DNA from: Catajapyx aquilonaris
Taxonomy: Eukaryota
Direction: 5' to 3'
DNA length: 52,237 bases
Assembly: GCA_000934665.2 (NCBI GenBank)
Contig: JYFJ02002723.1
Location: forward strand, 1-52,237
How positions within the stretch are numbered: position 1 is the first letter of the stretch; each line of letters opens with the position of its first letter. The notes beneath the pieces were generated by a model. That model made no database searches. It was not told the DNA's origin and saw only the letters and a list, made by a program, of their open reading frames with translations. The position numbers were made by a program, and so were the translations under genes. This document shows positions 1 to 13,300 of this stretch, piece by piece.

Positions 1-450
1 CTTAAATCAAAAAACTCCTCCTGAGATTTTTTCTATGTCAGGGAAAGGGTCTGAGTTACAACATATTTAAAAATCGGATTTTTAAATTAGGCGGATTATT
101 TTAAATTTTTGTTTGAAATTTTGAAAATGGGACAAAATTTTCAAAAAAGTCACAATACGAATTTTCAATCCTTAGTGAGATTGGGCTCTCGAATCTCTTC
201 AAAGGGAGCGGTCTGTGACGTCTGTAGCTCAATTGGTTCACGAGATATGACCGATTTCTGAAACCCTACCTTCCGAAAAGGACGTTTTTTTCGGTGGGCC
301 TATCTCCGGGGAGGGGGGGTAAATCTCAAAACCGCGCAAATGGTATTTTTGAAAGACGTAATTAAAGCGATTCTCCGATTTTCGTCAAAATCTGACAACC
401 CAAGGGTCAATTTTCCTTAAAAGCTCGGTGAGTTGACATGGAATGACCCA
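1..450. mobile_element. Terminal portion of a non-autonomous TIR element running off the window edge
   Basis: Ends ...GTTGACATGGAATGACCCA at 450 (revcomp TGGGTCATTCCATGTCAAC), resembling the termini at 15805/17766, 18172 and 26216. Confidence 0.5.
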
Positions 451-470
451 GGTCATAACTTTCACGTTCA

Positions 471-3400
471 TCAATAATGCTGGTCTTTATTGTGGCACTT
501 TGTACACTTACATAGCATTGAACAACTTATAGAAGTGGCCCTGCATTTGCATCGTTGTTCCTGCAACCCTCCAATTTGCATCGGCAGTACATTATTTCCA
601 CACACTCTTCAGGAACTCCGCCAATTGTGGTCCAGATAGGTGTTAACTTGCCATTTTCGTCTTCTTGCCAGCCGCAGGAGGTTGGTGCAGGGGGATTAAA
701 CACTGGAATGTGAGCGTTCTCCCAGATGACAGTTTGCAGATGCGCTCTCAGGATATGCTGCTGGACTGCGTCACTAGTCGGCGGAAGAACCTCAGATTTT
801 CGGGCACCGAAGAGAGCGTAACGAGCAGCATCGCATGTTCTCACGCCGTCTTCCAAAACTTCAAACAACTTGACAATGAATTTCTCTGCATTTTTTTTCT
901 GAGTCGCTGTCATCGGTGACGTTCCAAACTCGTTCAGTAACAGGGGGAATTTCTTGTAAGTAACCCAGGCACTATGCTTTGTAATAGTTGTGAGGTAAGA
1001 TGTGACATCACTGCCAGTAAGAGCATGGAACGCCATCAAATTTTGTGTCTCCACTGCAGTGAGGTCCTTTCGTATTTCATGAACTGGAATGTACTTACGC
1101 TTGGACGCAGTTCCAGCCATGATCCACAGCTCCTCACACTTGAAACGCTGGTAATGGTGCACCAACAGCAGAATAATGTCAGTATCCTTTGCAGATACGA
1201 CTATTTGCTCAAATGTGCTGGACGCCGCATGCAACACTACTCGCGTATCAGCCTCTTCATGGTTCTATCGCAGATGTTTCACGTCCGTCCCTTTGCTTGA
1301 AGCTACCTCTTGCTCGTCCTCAAATCCGCCCGAAAGCACAACTTCTAATGCACCAAAGTCAACTCTGTCCAACTGTGTTGAGAGGAAGCTTGCCAGATTA
1401 GCCTTATTATCCGAAAGTGCCAGGAAGTCCCTCCAACTGCTAGGCAAGGGCACATCTTTATGGTCAATGGACCTGCGAACTGGTGTAAAAGAAGTTGCTG
1501 CCCGTGACCGCTTCTCTCTAGTACTGGGCTTGATCGATGCAGTCCTGTAACGATCAAATAAAACATCGACTCTGGTGAATCCTTGTGAACTTTTCTTCAG
1601 ATGTGTGGCAACAATATCTGATATAGGTCTCCAAATGTTCTAGCAGCAAACGGCTTTCCTAACGCCTGCACCATGGCTTGACCGTCTACAATAATTAGAA
1701 GAGAATCGGAGCAAATTGTCACAAATGCGGGGAAGCTCATTTTGTCAGTTAAGGTTTTAACTAAGGTCGACTTCACACCAGTCTTCATGTCTCCATTCAG
1801 TTCGGCCAAAGCCACAGGTTTTGAAAATAGTTCATAGCGTAGAATGTTAACTGGGTCTACCGAGCGACCAGATTCATGTGCCAGAACAATGTGTCTCATT
1901 ATATCACGATCCTCCTTCATTTTTTTGACTGCAAGTACGCGTTTTTGCACAGGATTCTTGTGCAGAGTAGCAAAAGTAAGAGGCGAAGACTTTTCAGCGG
2001 ATCGTGAAATTGCACAGCAGGAGTTCCATTATCATCTACAACAAGTCTGTCTCCTACGAACTTCCGCACAGTCTCCAGTCCGAGAGCCCTGGCGTTCAGA
2101 AGGGAGTGGGAAATTTCTGGAGTCGCCACATCCTTGGTAAGAGGGTTTTGAAGTCTGGGACCTGGATCAGAACTGAAGACTCCTGCGGCCTTTAAGATAG
2201 CTAGAAGATCATCTTCATCATTTTGATCGCGTATACGACGCGACGGCCAGGTTTGGTTTCGTTGTGGAGAGATTCCGACAATGGCACTTTGAAGAGGCCC
2301 GCAGTTTTCTGACTGATTTCCGTCCTCCAGTGGTACGACAAAGCCCATTTTTCTAGTGTGTTTTCGTTGTTGGTGATACCCACGACCCCGCCTGCTCCTT
2401 TGCAAGTGCCGACGAGCCATTCCTGGGCGTGGTCTGCATCAACTTGATTGAACTTGCCACGTGACGTCTTCACAACGAAGTCTCCAGCTTGGAATGCAGC
2501 CTCGATCACCTCAGGAAGGGTGTGTAGATCTGCAATGTAGACACTCATAGACTTCATATAGTTCAAGTGGTCGCATCTTGCGATAAACGGTAGCATAGCA
2601 GAGAGAGACGAGCTCATACACACCATCTCTAATGGATCGGGTGAAGCGCAAGAGAATGGACACCATTTCCAAGTAGTCCCACCAAAATGAGAAGTTTGGA
2701 TTTCCTTTAAACTTTGCGGCGAAATCTTGGAGATGCTTCAGTAATGATGACCCCTCTCCTTGTAATAAGAACGTCACCGCGTCGGACGGATCCATGTCCT
2801 GAAGACCTCTAAAGCTGTGCGCTAAGTCCTTGTTGTGGTCTTCCAAATAGTCAAGAAACTTCGGGATGAGGATTCGCCACAGGGACTGATATGTCAACTT
2901 GTGGTACCGCATGGCCTTCTGGTATGCTTTCCCTTCTAGCGCCTTCTCAGCTGATCCAGATGCCGTAATGTTGCTCTCTAGCCACATTTCTGGAAGTCCG
3001 GACTTGCTCATATGTTGACCAATGGTTTTCAAAAAAATCATGGAAATGTGAAGACCCATTCTTAAAATCAGGCATTGTTTGAATTTTTGATTGGAAAATT
3101 TCAAGTTCATCAATCTGTAGTAAAGGTCTTGGTCCACTGTAAGAACAACATATTTTTGATTTACAGCATCGCACACTGAAAAACATCTCTCCACTACAGT
3201 GAAAATGGTGTTTAATTCGTGGGCTGGATGAAGTAGTAACGGCATGTATCCAACAGTAGTTTCAGACGTGTCCGTAGTCCTGGCTTCTCTGTTGAATTGA
3301 GTCCAGCCTATCTTCATGTCCCTTACCTGCCTTTGACCTATGAACGCAAGGTCACACAAAACAGCATCCCCCACTGCCTTAGAATTCCCTACGTCCGCAG

Positions 3401-4450
3401 AATACCAATCATGCTGTACAGGTTCATTGAAGGTGGGATGTTGGTCTCTTATTGGACCTGCGTGCAGAACTTTCTTCAGCACGTCTGGAACAATGTTACT
3501 GCGGCGTTTTCCAATTTTTACACTTGTCAAGGAATCACTGCTTTCTCTTCCTTCTCGTTGGAAAGCCACCATCTGCGTCCCATGGAACATGGTCTTCCCA
3601 TCGAGCGTGTCCATGATGATGTCGACATTATCTGCCGTGAACTGAATGATGGGTGACGCAACTGCATCAATTGTGGAATGCAAATGGAAGTTAGGAGGGA
3701 AGACAGCTCCTGTTTCCATATCTAAGGTACGCAGAGTCAGTTCAGCAAGGGAGTCATCCACTAACTTCACTTGATCATAACTGAGGCCATGCCCAGCTCT
3801 GTAAAGCATGTTTACCAGCGCCTTACTCCTTGTCTTTTGATGAACACTGAGAGCCAAACCTACATGCTTTGAAGTCCACTTCTTACCCTTGCTAGTTACG
3901 AAGACAATATCCTGAGCAATGGAATTGACTTTTATATCGTGCAAGAGCCTGGCCTCACTTAAACTAGGCGCATCTTCGACTTCTTGTGGTACCTCCTCTA
4001 AAAGGTTATCGTCACCACAGTCATAGCACACTGAGGAAGAGATGCAACAAACGCGGAATCACATTATCCACAGCCCCCTTCGAGATGTCCAAGCTAGGAC
4101 CCCTGGGAGAGTCATGCAGTTCTTTTTTCAGCCGTAATGCAACGTGAACCAGCTCCCTGAAGAAGTTGTCATCTTGGTGGTCTCTATAAGATGGAAGTAC
4201 AGTACCTTGCTCTCGTCAGCCTGGTCCTGAGGTTTGTTACCAGCCACAGCCTCTCCAAGTATTCAAACTCGCTAAATCTGATTCTGCAATCAGTGCACTT
4301 AAACGCCTGCTCCCCTGCAATTTCCATCCTGAAATTTCCTTTGTAAATGTTGCATGATCGAGCATGGCGAACGACAAGCCTGCAAAGCTGAACCTTCCTA
4401 GGTAGTCCGATGGACGAGGTTCCATATAGAAGCACGGACTACGAGTGGTG
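471..4450 (-). pseudogene. Academ-like (AcademX-type) DNA transposon transposase, frameshifted
   Basis: Overlapping minus ORFs 2511-4031, 2201-2626, 1597-1950, 1265-1453 and 527-1237 join into one long protein. Motifs: KHVGLALSVH..RSKALV.MLYRAGHGLSYD, FTADNVD..TLDGKTMFHGT, VLTVDQDLY, GDFVVK..FNQVDADHAQE, IVDG, XPG/PIN-like DTDIILLL..FHALTGSD..LPPT..QHILRA.LQ..IW, and a Cys-rich tail recovered by a frameshift (CRC..C..RCKC..CSMLCKCTKC, stop at 471-473). Confidence 0.75.
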
Positions 4451-4513
4451 AAGGAAATATGAGGCGTATACCGTATACGTACGTATGCCACAAGTCAGAA
4501 TATGCATTATGCA

Positions 4514-4860
4514 GGGGAGGTGCGGTGGCCGAGATGGAAACGTCTCGGCCTGAGTGAAAGGTCCCAGGTTCGATCCCCGCCTGGGAGTTCCCCTTCACCT
4601 GCCTCAGGAGGGTCTCTCACCCGCGCCTTGGGGGTGGCTGGTAACCTAACCTCCTGGGGGACTGCACATGGCCCAAAGAAACGACATTGCACCTGCACCT
4701 GTGTCCCCTCCCCAGAAATCCCCATCCCTACCCTATATCCTTTCATCCCTGCACGGTGTTCGTAGAAAATCACAGAAAACTGAACGGAAATATGGTGGTT
4801 TCCACCCCCCCTCAGAGGGCCCGTGGCCCTATCACGGGGTAAAATTGAAAAGACAAAAAA
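4514..4860 (+). mobile_element. tRNA-derived SINE (family 1)
   Basis: A box GGTGGCCGAGATGG, B box GGTTCGATCCC, A-rich tail, imperfect TSD ATGCATTAYGYA (4502-4513 / 4861-4872). Homologues at 36971, 37299 and 46518-46857. Confidence 0.85.
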
Positions 4861-5090
4861 ATGCATTACGTACACTGTACTGTACAGTGCATAGTGTGTA
4901 TCGAATATACGTCAATGGCATGCTTGAACAATTTCGATATAGCGTAAGTTACTGTCATGGTTTTCCACAGAAGAATTTATTTCCGACGTAATAATAGTTG
5001 TTGATTTCCATAGTTCAATTATTTTTCACGTAAGTTATAAAATAATTATAGAGACAATAATTTAACAACACTTTAAATTGTACAAATGTA

Positions 5091-5406
5091 ATAATAATAA
5101 TAATAATTTGTACCCCGTGCTAGAGCCATGGGCCCTCTTAGGGGGGTGGGATACCACCATATTTTTAAAAATGTGGTACTCTTGCTTTCGTTTTTGCTTC
5201 TCGTATATGGGGATGGGATAGGGACGGAAGGAAGCGGCTGTGGCCTATAATTACGGACACGACCCCGGAATTTTCCTGGTGAGACCATGGGAAACCACAG
5301 AAAACCTCGGTCAGGGTCGGCGGCCGCGGCGGCCCCCGGGATTAGAACCCAGGACCTCCCGATTAGCAGTCAGATGCCATATCCCCTCCGCTACCACTGC
5401 TTCGGT
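5091..5406 (-). mobile_element. tRNA-derived SINE (family 3, short form)
   Basis: Perfect 15-bp TSD AATTGTACAAATGTA (5076-5090 / 5407-5421), (TTA)n tail, head shared with 39170-39617. Confidence 0.85.
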
Positions 5407-6796
5407 AATTGTACAAATGTAGGAACTACTCAATGGCAAATTCGACATGGTTGCGACATGTTATGTGGAGTTTTAATATTATTCTGCACAAATACAACTG
5501 CTTCGCTTCATGTTGGATGAACTCGTAAAAATTCACTTACTCGTATCCTTCACGAATTACATCTAGAACAAGTGAAACATGACCACATCTTTTAAACGGT
5601 AATGGCTTTACTGGAAAGCAACTACTGCACTATCTTGAAAACTTAAATAAAAGTTATCCATCACTTCTTCACAAAATAAAGCCTTATATTGTCATAAATT
5701 ATGATCCATTCAATGTTGTCAAAAAGAATTGCAAGAAATGGTAGGCTACATCACCTGAAGAAAATACCGATGTGCCGGAGTATAAGATGTGGAATTCCAC
5801 AGTCACGATTCAGAATGTCCCGGAGTTCAAATAATATTATTTACCGGTACTATACTTTTATCTGCAGGTAATAATATCTTTCCGAGTCTCCTGTATGATC
5901 AATAGTGAGGCAGTAATATTCACAACAATGTAGTCCCAGAACACCGGCACCAACAGCGTGATCATTAATGGTTTGCACGGATTTAAATTCTTTGAATAAA
6001 GATCACGCAAATTCTTGACAATACCAACCTTTCCCTATGGCATTAAAAAGTGACCATTATTCTACAAAACCAGCGGAACAATTCACATGCGATCTTTCTA
6101 TTGTTCTCATTAAATAGCCTACTAGAAAAAATCGAAATTTAGAGCGATAAGAATCAGCACGGCCGCGACGTCGCTTGTTACGTAAACAGACTGTTGCGCT
6201 ATGCTCTCTAGTCAACCTAGCTATCAAGTCAAGTTCCATGAAGGATAGAGGTATGATTTGCGTCTATTGCAGAAAGTTTATCTTCGCAATGGTGAGTTAT
6301 CATATTTCACACGCATATGCTGCACAGTGCAATACAGTTCAGTATTACATTCAGTATTACATGGGGAATTACACACACTGCACCAAAATATGAGCATGTT
6401 ACTAATGTTATTTTCATGCACTGAATTTGAACTCTCCACAAACAACCTCCTAACGTACAGTAGAAATTATTTTTCTTATATGAATGGAGTGTTCGAAAAT
6501 TCATGTGACAGAAGTTGGTTACTCAATTAGGAGTGTATAATAATTCATGTAGGCCTAATATTAATTCATTTTAAAAAATTGTAGTTTTTATCATTTTATA
6601 CTTTACTAAATCACATGAGTCAGTTTTCAAGGTAGTCGTAATTTAACTGTTGAAAAACATGTCTGTCCTTAAAACGTTGCTTTTACCATATATTGATCAT
6701 CACAAAGAATACAAAACAATTCGCGTGTTTCGAAAATATATTGCCCAGCTCCCCACGCAGTTCATCCTTTACGTAACGCATTTTGTTTACTTGCAG

Positions 6797-6874
6797 GATC
6801 AATTAATCCCAATTTTAAAGGCGGCATGATCAGTTTTGCATGTGCATTGTGACACACTGGCCGATCATTTGCTG
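6797..6874 (+). other. Possible non-coding 5'UTR exon of ppk
   Basis: Polypyrimidine TTTTGTTTACTTGCAG acceptor and CTG|GTGAGT donor. The ATG exon also starts with an acceptor (7084), implying upstream exons. Confidence 0.45.
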
Positions 6875-7099
6875 GTGAGTATAATTCGTCTTTTTATAAC
6901 TTACCACTTGAACTACAGTATTTTACAAGGCAGTAGAAAATAAAATATTATGACGGGCTATTTACATTGGAAATTATTTTCTTTGTCCCTATATGTATAA
7001 CTATTAGGCTATACTGTAGTAGCAGTACTATGTATGTACGCACTATTATCATTGAAGCATGAATATTGTGTCATTTTTCCACAGTTCTACTAATCAACA

Positions 7100-7386
7100 A
7101 TGGAATACAATGAGGGCTATACAAGAGGTGTTGTACGGAGCATCTACTTCAGCAATGGCGTCAAAAAGAGCACTGTTATGCCCATGTATTCTTGGGAGAA
7201 GGAACTGGGCTTGGTATCACTGTTCAAAAACCCATCGTTTGCAAGTATGGTACGCCCATCAAATATGCTTGGAAGGAAAAAGACGCCTTTCACCTTCATT
7301 AGTGATCTTGTTTGCGACTACTGTCAAAACACCTCTTTGCATGGCTTCAAATACATCGTTGATGACACCAACTTCCTTATCGAAAA
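7100..7386 (+). CDS. ppk: ppk coding exon 1 (N-terminus with HG motif)
   Basis: Acceptor TTCCACAG ends 7084; ATG at 7100; encodes TSLHGFKYI; donor GTAAGG at 7387. Confidence 0.85.
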
Positions 7387-10300
7387 GTAAGGAGTGTACA
7401 CTATGCTGACACTTCACATTGTTCTATTACTCTCTGGGTTGTTTTATTGTCAAAACATTTATAGTTTCCCACGTTAATGCACTTAATAATATTATCTTAT
7501 TTTTTCAGGATAGCGTGGTTTATAGTATGTTGCTCGGCCATAGCTGGAACATTCATGTTCTTACAGCCTATATTTAAACTCTATTTTGCACGTGAATTTT
7601 TGACTACAATTAAGTCCGTTGGTCAACCCATCTGGGAAGTACCATTTCCTGCAGTGACCATATGTAACGTTAACAAAGCGGCTAAGAATTTGATCGTCGA
7701 AGCCGCTAAAACTCCACCGTAAGTATCACCTAGAAGAAGTGATGGAAGGAGTGCAAGGCCGGTGTAAGCTGTGTAAGGCTTTCTTACAACGACTTACATC
7801 GTGACGTCATTACACTCCCCCCATTACGCTATACCCGCCGAACAATACCAATCTGCTATCTTTTCTTAAGTGTAGACAAGGACGATAATAGGCACACCCT
7901 CAAATTATCATTATAATGACTGGTATCTTTGCAATATTTCTGACAGATGGAACAATTATAGTGAAGACACGGTGAGAGAGGTAATCGATTTTATGGCCCT
8001 CTTTGGACAAATCCCGGTGGACAAACCCCATGAAGTCCGTGATGATATTATCAAATGTGCCGATGAACAGGACAAGCACATCGACTCCTTAATGAAGGCG
8101 GTAAGAAACTATTGCAGATTTTGTCATAAAATAAGAATATAGCTTAGATTACGAAATTACGAATGGCATGAATGCACTTGCAAGAATATTGCCTAAAACA
8201 TTATTCCCCCTTGCATTATTTTAAAAAATTTAACGAAACGTACACCGAATGATCCGTATTCCATAATAATACCAATAACATTTCTAGGACGATGAACTAT
8301 TGGGAACCAGAGAATCACTTTAGGTACCGTAGTAACGAAGTAACCGTACACTAATAATTTGGTGTCCGAAGTATCATTACTCGATACAATGCTAAAACGC
8401 AATAACATATAAATATTAATAAAGTTATAAAATATAAATATAACTTATAAATAATAAAAAATATCTAGCATGTGTGCTTTCATTCAAGTGAAGTTTCATG
8501 GAATTACCTTTATTAGGTACTCTATGCACTTTTAATATATCCTATGATCTGAGGTGAATCAGGATAATCATGGGAGACTGTATACGGAATTCTTTGATTA
8601 ATGCTAATTATCTTAGTAACGAGGCAGCGTAGACAATATTGTTGCCTTCACATAAAAGTTGCCTTTTCTGCCAAGGAGTTCACCTTAGAACGTTGTTGGT
8701 ATATACAGTATTATTAAATACCACCCCGTATTTATGGACTGCTTATTACAGGTTATTCAACCGCTGGATCGCATGATCCTTAAATGCTGGTGGGTTGGAG
8801 TTTCGTCAAAGTGCTCAGATTTATTCAAAATTAAAAGAACAGACGAAGGTTATTGCTGGGGTTTCAACTCTGCTTCAATGAAAGACTCAGATTCTGGGTA
8901 AGTAACCTGCCTTCTGTCAGAAATAAAGTTTCGGTCAAACGTATCATGGCGCGATACAACTGTCAGAACTCGCCCAATGCTATGTTAATAAGAAAATGAC
9001 TGCAACGTGAAATGGAAAATCTTGCTTCAACGCCATGGAAACAAAGGAACAATGCCATTGATGTGGTCAAGAAATAAATTATTACAATCGAAAAGAAATA
9101 AGACGGCGTCACATATGCTGTGACAGTGGCTTTAAAAAATTCTGCTGGCGAAACTAGAGCGTTTTCCCACTATGTAAAGTGGTTTCTGCGTGGCTTTTTT
9201 AATTTTCTCTCGCGTAAAAAATCGCGAGTTTTGGACTACAAAATCATGCATAAATAAACCGGATTAACCAGATTAACTTGAATAAAATCATCTTTTTGCG
9301 GCCGCTGAAAAAAAAACTTCAAAAAAATCCGATCTTGACCGGCAAATTTTTGGCATACATAGTTGTCCCCAAACCTCAAGAGATTCCACCCTAAAATTAG
9401 TGCAAAAGATTGCAAAACATTGCATCAAGAGAGGAAAAAACCTTTCCCAAGTGTCGCCACTTTTTCAGTCAACGCATTTGGCTGTTGGCCCACTACGCGG
9501 CGCTACTGTATGTGGAATTTCAATCAATATGTATTTTAAATACAAGACGCACATAATTAAGAGTTATAAACCTTAAAACTAACATATGTGAGGTCGTATG
9601 AGGTTAAGGCACTAATTTTTGGACCCGAAACTGATATTCGGCGCAGTGGCCACCCTGTCCGTCCTCCGGCCGAGGGAGGAGCCCAAAAAGAACCGATATA
9701 TTTATGTCATGGGGTCGTGATAAATCAAGCGCAGTGGACTTAATGATCATGTAACGGCAATGTGCCCCATTTAATGCCCATCAAAACACATTACACACAT
9801 CCCTGACCCTGCATCTGCTTTTCAGCACACTATGACATATGTTTCGAATCCCTCTTCCTTTGCTCCTGTTGCTTTTGGTTGGTTGGTTGGTAGGAAGGGT
9901 TACCCAGCTTGTATGGCTCTTTCTGAGTCGAGCCTTGGCAGCCGGGGGTAGGAGAGGAAGGTGTGGGATTGCAAGGTAGGGGGTGGGTTAGAAGGGTGGG
10001 GAGAGGAGGGCTGGCCCCGGCTGTAGGCCTACTGCAATGCCGGGCCCAACCTAGGGACGGGGGTAGGATATTCTCCCAAGCACCCCGTCCAACCAAGAAA
10101 TGCGAGTCAGGTCCGAGGACCGCTCGAGTGAGAGAGTACCGTCGCGTCGCTGGCAAACCAGCCGGGACCTCCATTGGGTATCGATTATAATATTTTTTTA
10201 AACAATCCCCTGTTGCATCCAAATCATCAATCAAATAATACCTCTTCACAACCAATGAATTAATCCACACATTGGTCATTTAACCCTTGCAGCAATTACC

Positions 10301-13300
10301 TCCAACATAAAGAATATCTGATGATCAATAATGGGGGGGGGGGGGNGGGTGGTCGGTCATACAAACTCACTGAACGTCACACATTAAAGTGCGTTCAACA
10401 CCATGAGCTAAGGGGACTCCCAAACCCAATATAACACGGAATACTTATATGCCAGTATCAGCAGCTCCTCTGGACATCCACACATCGTGAAGCTCAAAAA
10501 GGGAGTGAGTCCGACAACAAAAAGGGGCTGTTCAAGCAAGGTCAGATAACTCGGTCTGCGTGGAGGGAAGGCAATGCCCCATCGCCCCATCGTCGCATTC
10601 AACTGTGACAACGTGTTTTGTCTTCAATTTTTTTTAAATCGGAGGGTATACTATTACGTATGACTTATTTCCAACCACTGGGGTTTTTATTGCCATGCTT
10701 CGATCTACCGTATTGTACAATACACTCTCGAGTTTGGCTGTCGACTCCTCCAGATGGTAGGTCAGTCGATTGCAGACACCGTTTGCTATGCTACCAGCTC
10801 GTTTTTTCCTCTCTTGATGCAATTATAAGCTCTTTGGTGGAACAATGATTTTATATAACTTACTCTTGAAAGGGAGCTTGACGTGAAAAATGTGGCCTCT
10901 CTCATTCCAGGTAGAGAGAAAATACATAATATTGCAGAATTTGTCGAAAATCATCAAAATTGCAACATTTGATATCTCCATGTGAAGCTGGATCGATTTT
11001 GACTTATACTCGCCATTAAATGCATCTCTCTAATTGCTTTTCAATGACATAATTATGAAACATTCTTTCCCTCCAACCAGAAATGGAGACAAGACTACTT
11101 ATACATTTTCAAAAATCATGCATGATATGTGTGTGTAAGTCTGGCAACTGGATCAATGAGCAGCAAGACCCCTGTCATTTTGCTTCAAATATTCACTAAT
11201 TCTTGTTTGAGGTAACTTCTAAAGAAATCAATTATGCACGAAACACAGGTCCCGAAATTGGTTTAAGCATACCTTGTTTAGGGTAGGCCTATCTATACTG
11301 TATAAAGAAAATCCGACATTTATATTTAGGCATCAACTAAAACAAACATAGTGAATGTTTCAAGCAAATCCCAGGGGTCCAGTTGTCTGATTTGACCACT
11401 GACATCAGTCCTTTAACAGGCTCAGGAACACCGATCTCTATGCATGATTTATGACAATTCATATCTCTAGGTGATAGTCATTATCTTGTGTCCAGTCTTT
11501 CACCGTGATTCACTTGCCATTTTCTAATGCCACAGGGAGCCGCTGGTTCGTTGTCTTATATTATATTATGAGTTTTGTTCAGTTATGGTGTACCTTAACC
11601 AGGCAGAATATTGCCGATGTACCGCCCATCCCATAATATATTTTTTCATTTACTAGCTTAGCCTAACATATTATGTGCTGTTAAATCTTTAGACCCTGTT
11701 GAATACATGTCTAGATGACAATAGTTGCTCACGTTACTACATTTATTGCAGAGAAAGTAATACTGACCATGACGACGAATTGCTGTACCGCGATCATGGC
11801 CAGAGTTCCCTGCTCAAGGCGGGGGAGAGCTCAAAGAAACTTACAACGGATGACTCAATTAATGATTTTGAAGAAATGGATTGGGAAACATCTGCAGCTC
11901 ATGCGCATAAGACGTCTGTTAAGAAGAAAAAAGTCAAGCCCACCGATTTCGTAGCCAAAAAAGTGAACGGGGCAGGACCAAACATGGGATTGACCGTGTT
12001 GCTCAACCCTGATGTGCCCGAGTACCAATGCAATACAAATAACGTGCATGGGTTCAAAGTGAGTCACTGGAGTTACTTGGTTACTTTAAATGGAAAAGAA
12101 GTTTTATAACATTAAAATTACAGGTTTTGATACATGATCCAGACGAATTTCCCAGTATTGCAATTAAGGCGTTCTTGGCCAACGCAGGACGGGAAATATT
12201 TGTTCCCGTGACACCAACAAAAACTTCGAGCGACAACAACATCGAGAAAATTCCGGAAGAACAGCGACAATGTCGATTTGACCACGAGATTGATCTCAAG
12301 TTTCATCACACATTCACATTTGACAACTGCTTTTTGCAGTGCCAAGTAATGTCAATGAACAAGACCTGTGGATGCGTCCCATACGTCTATTCTAAACTAA
12401 GTAAGTCTAGATGACAATATTAATGATAAGACTTATGTGCAGACTGTGTGCAGATGACCCCAATATCGCATTTCTAATAAGTAGGTCTACGCTACAGTAT
12501 GCAGGTTGTGCACTGCCGAAATCCTTGTCTAAAAACCCTCAGCAGTATTGTTTTACATTGATTTTTAAACTGGATTTTTAAATGAACTAAATACTCAAAA
12601 TAATACTATTCATTTCCCTTACACATCATTTGAACTGTGCACAACACTGTGTAATTCAATAATAATTCTAATTTGCAAACTTTCCATTGTCAAAAATGCA
12701 CAAAAATCGGAATTCAGTGATTCAATGCCAATCTCGTAAATAATACTTGATTCTTTTTATTAATAATGGAATTGTTGGCAACACTCAAACAGCTATGAGT
12801 ATTAGTCTGACGGTGAGATGTTCACCCCTTTTATATGTAGTGTTTGTAAATTAGGATGCAAGAGAGATACAAGTAGTCAATATACGATACTACGCGTAAG
12901 TCGGAAATTCCTTTAGAATTAGTAGGACCTACTAGCGCCCTGAAAACACTAGGCAAAAAAGTTCTAAGATTTTGACAAGCATGCAGGAATAATAATTGTC
13001 CAAATGCGATGCCTATAGAGAAGTCTAAGATGTGATTTACTGATCCAGTTTGAAATATGATTCCATATGAGTATGACCCATTCTTAAAATAATATAATGC
13101 AGATAATAATGTTTATTGCAAATATCTTGTATCACGATTTCCAAACATCGAGTATGCCTATAGTGATTGCCTACTGATATAGCTGCGAAAGCGGGAGTAA
13201 TTGTAGATAAGGCAATTAATATTTAAGACCTGCAAAAATAGACCACCAATACACTGTGCGTAGTATATGATAATAAACGCGTACGTATAGGTGGTGTGAC

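Noticed and set aside
665..3656. Plus-strand ORFs overlapping the Academ relic
   Set aside because: Antisense shadows of the minus-strand transposase with no motifs.
4514..4585. Functional tRNA genes at SINE heads (also ~14390, ~36975, ~39550, ~46790)
   Set aside because: They have A/B boxes but run into SINE bodies with tails and TSDs; I could not build convincing cloverleaves.
9100..11420. Kolobok- or piggyBac-like element in ppk intron 4 (GTGGCTTTAA ~9130, TTAACCCTT ~10280, GTCCTTTAA ~11410)
   Set aside because: No matching partner termini found. The intron is probably TE-rich, but boundaries cannot be supported.
11699..11751. 5' part of ORF 11699-12109 (NTCLDDNSCSRYYIYC) as coding
   Set aside because: The phase-compatible acceptor is at 11751. 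The upstream AG at 11692 gives an incompatible phase.
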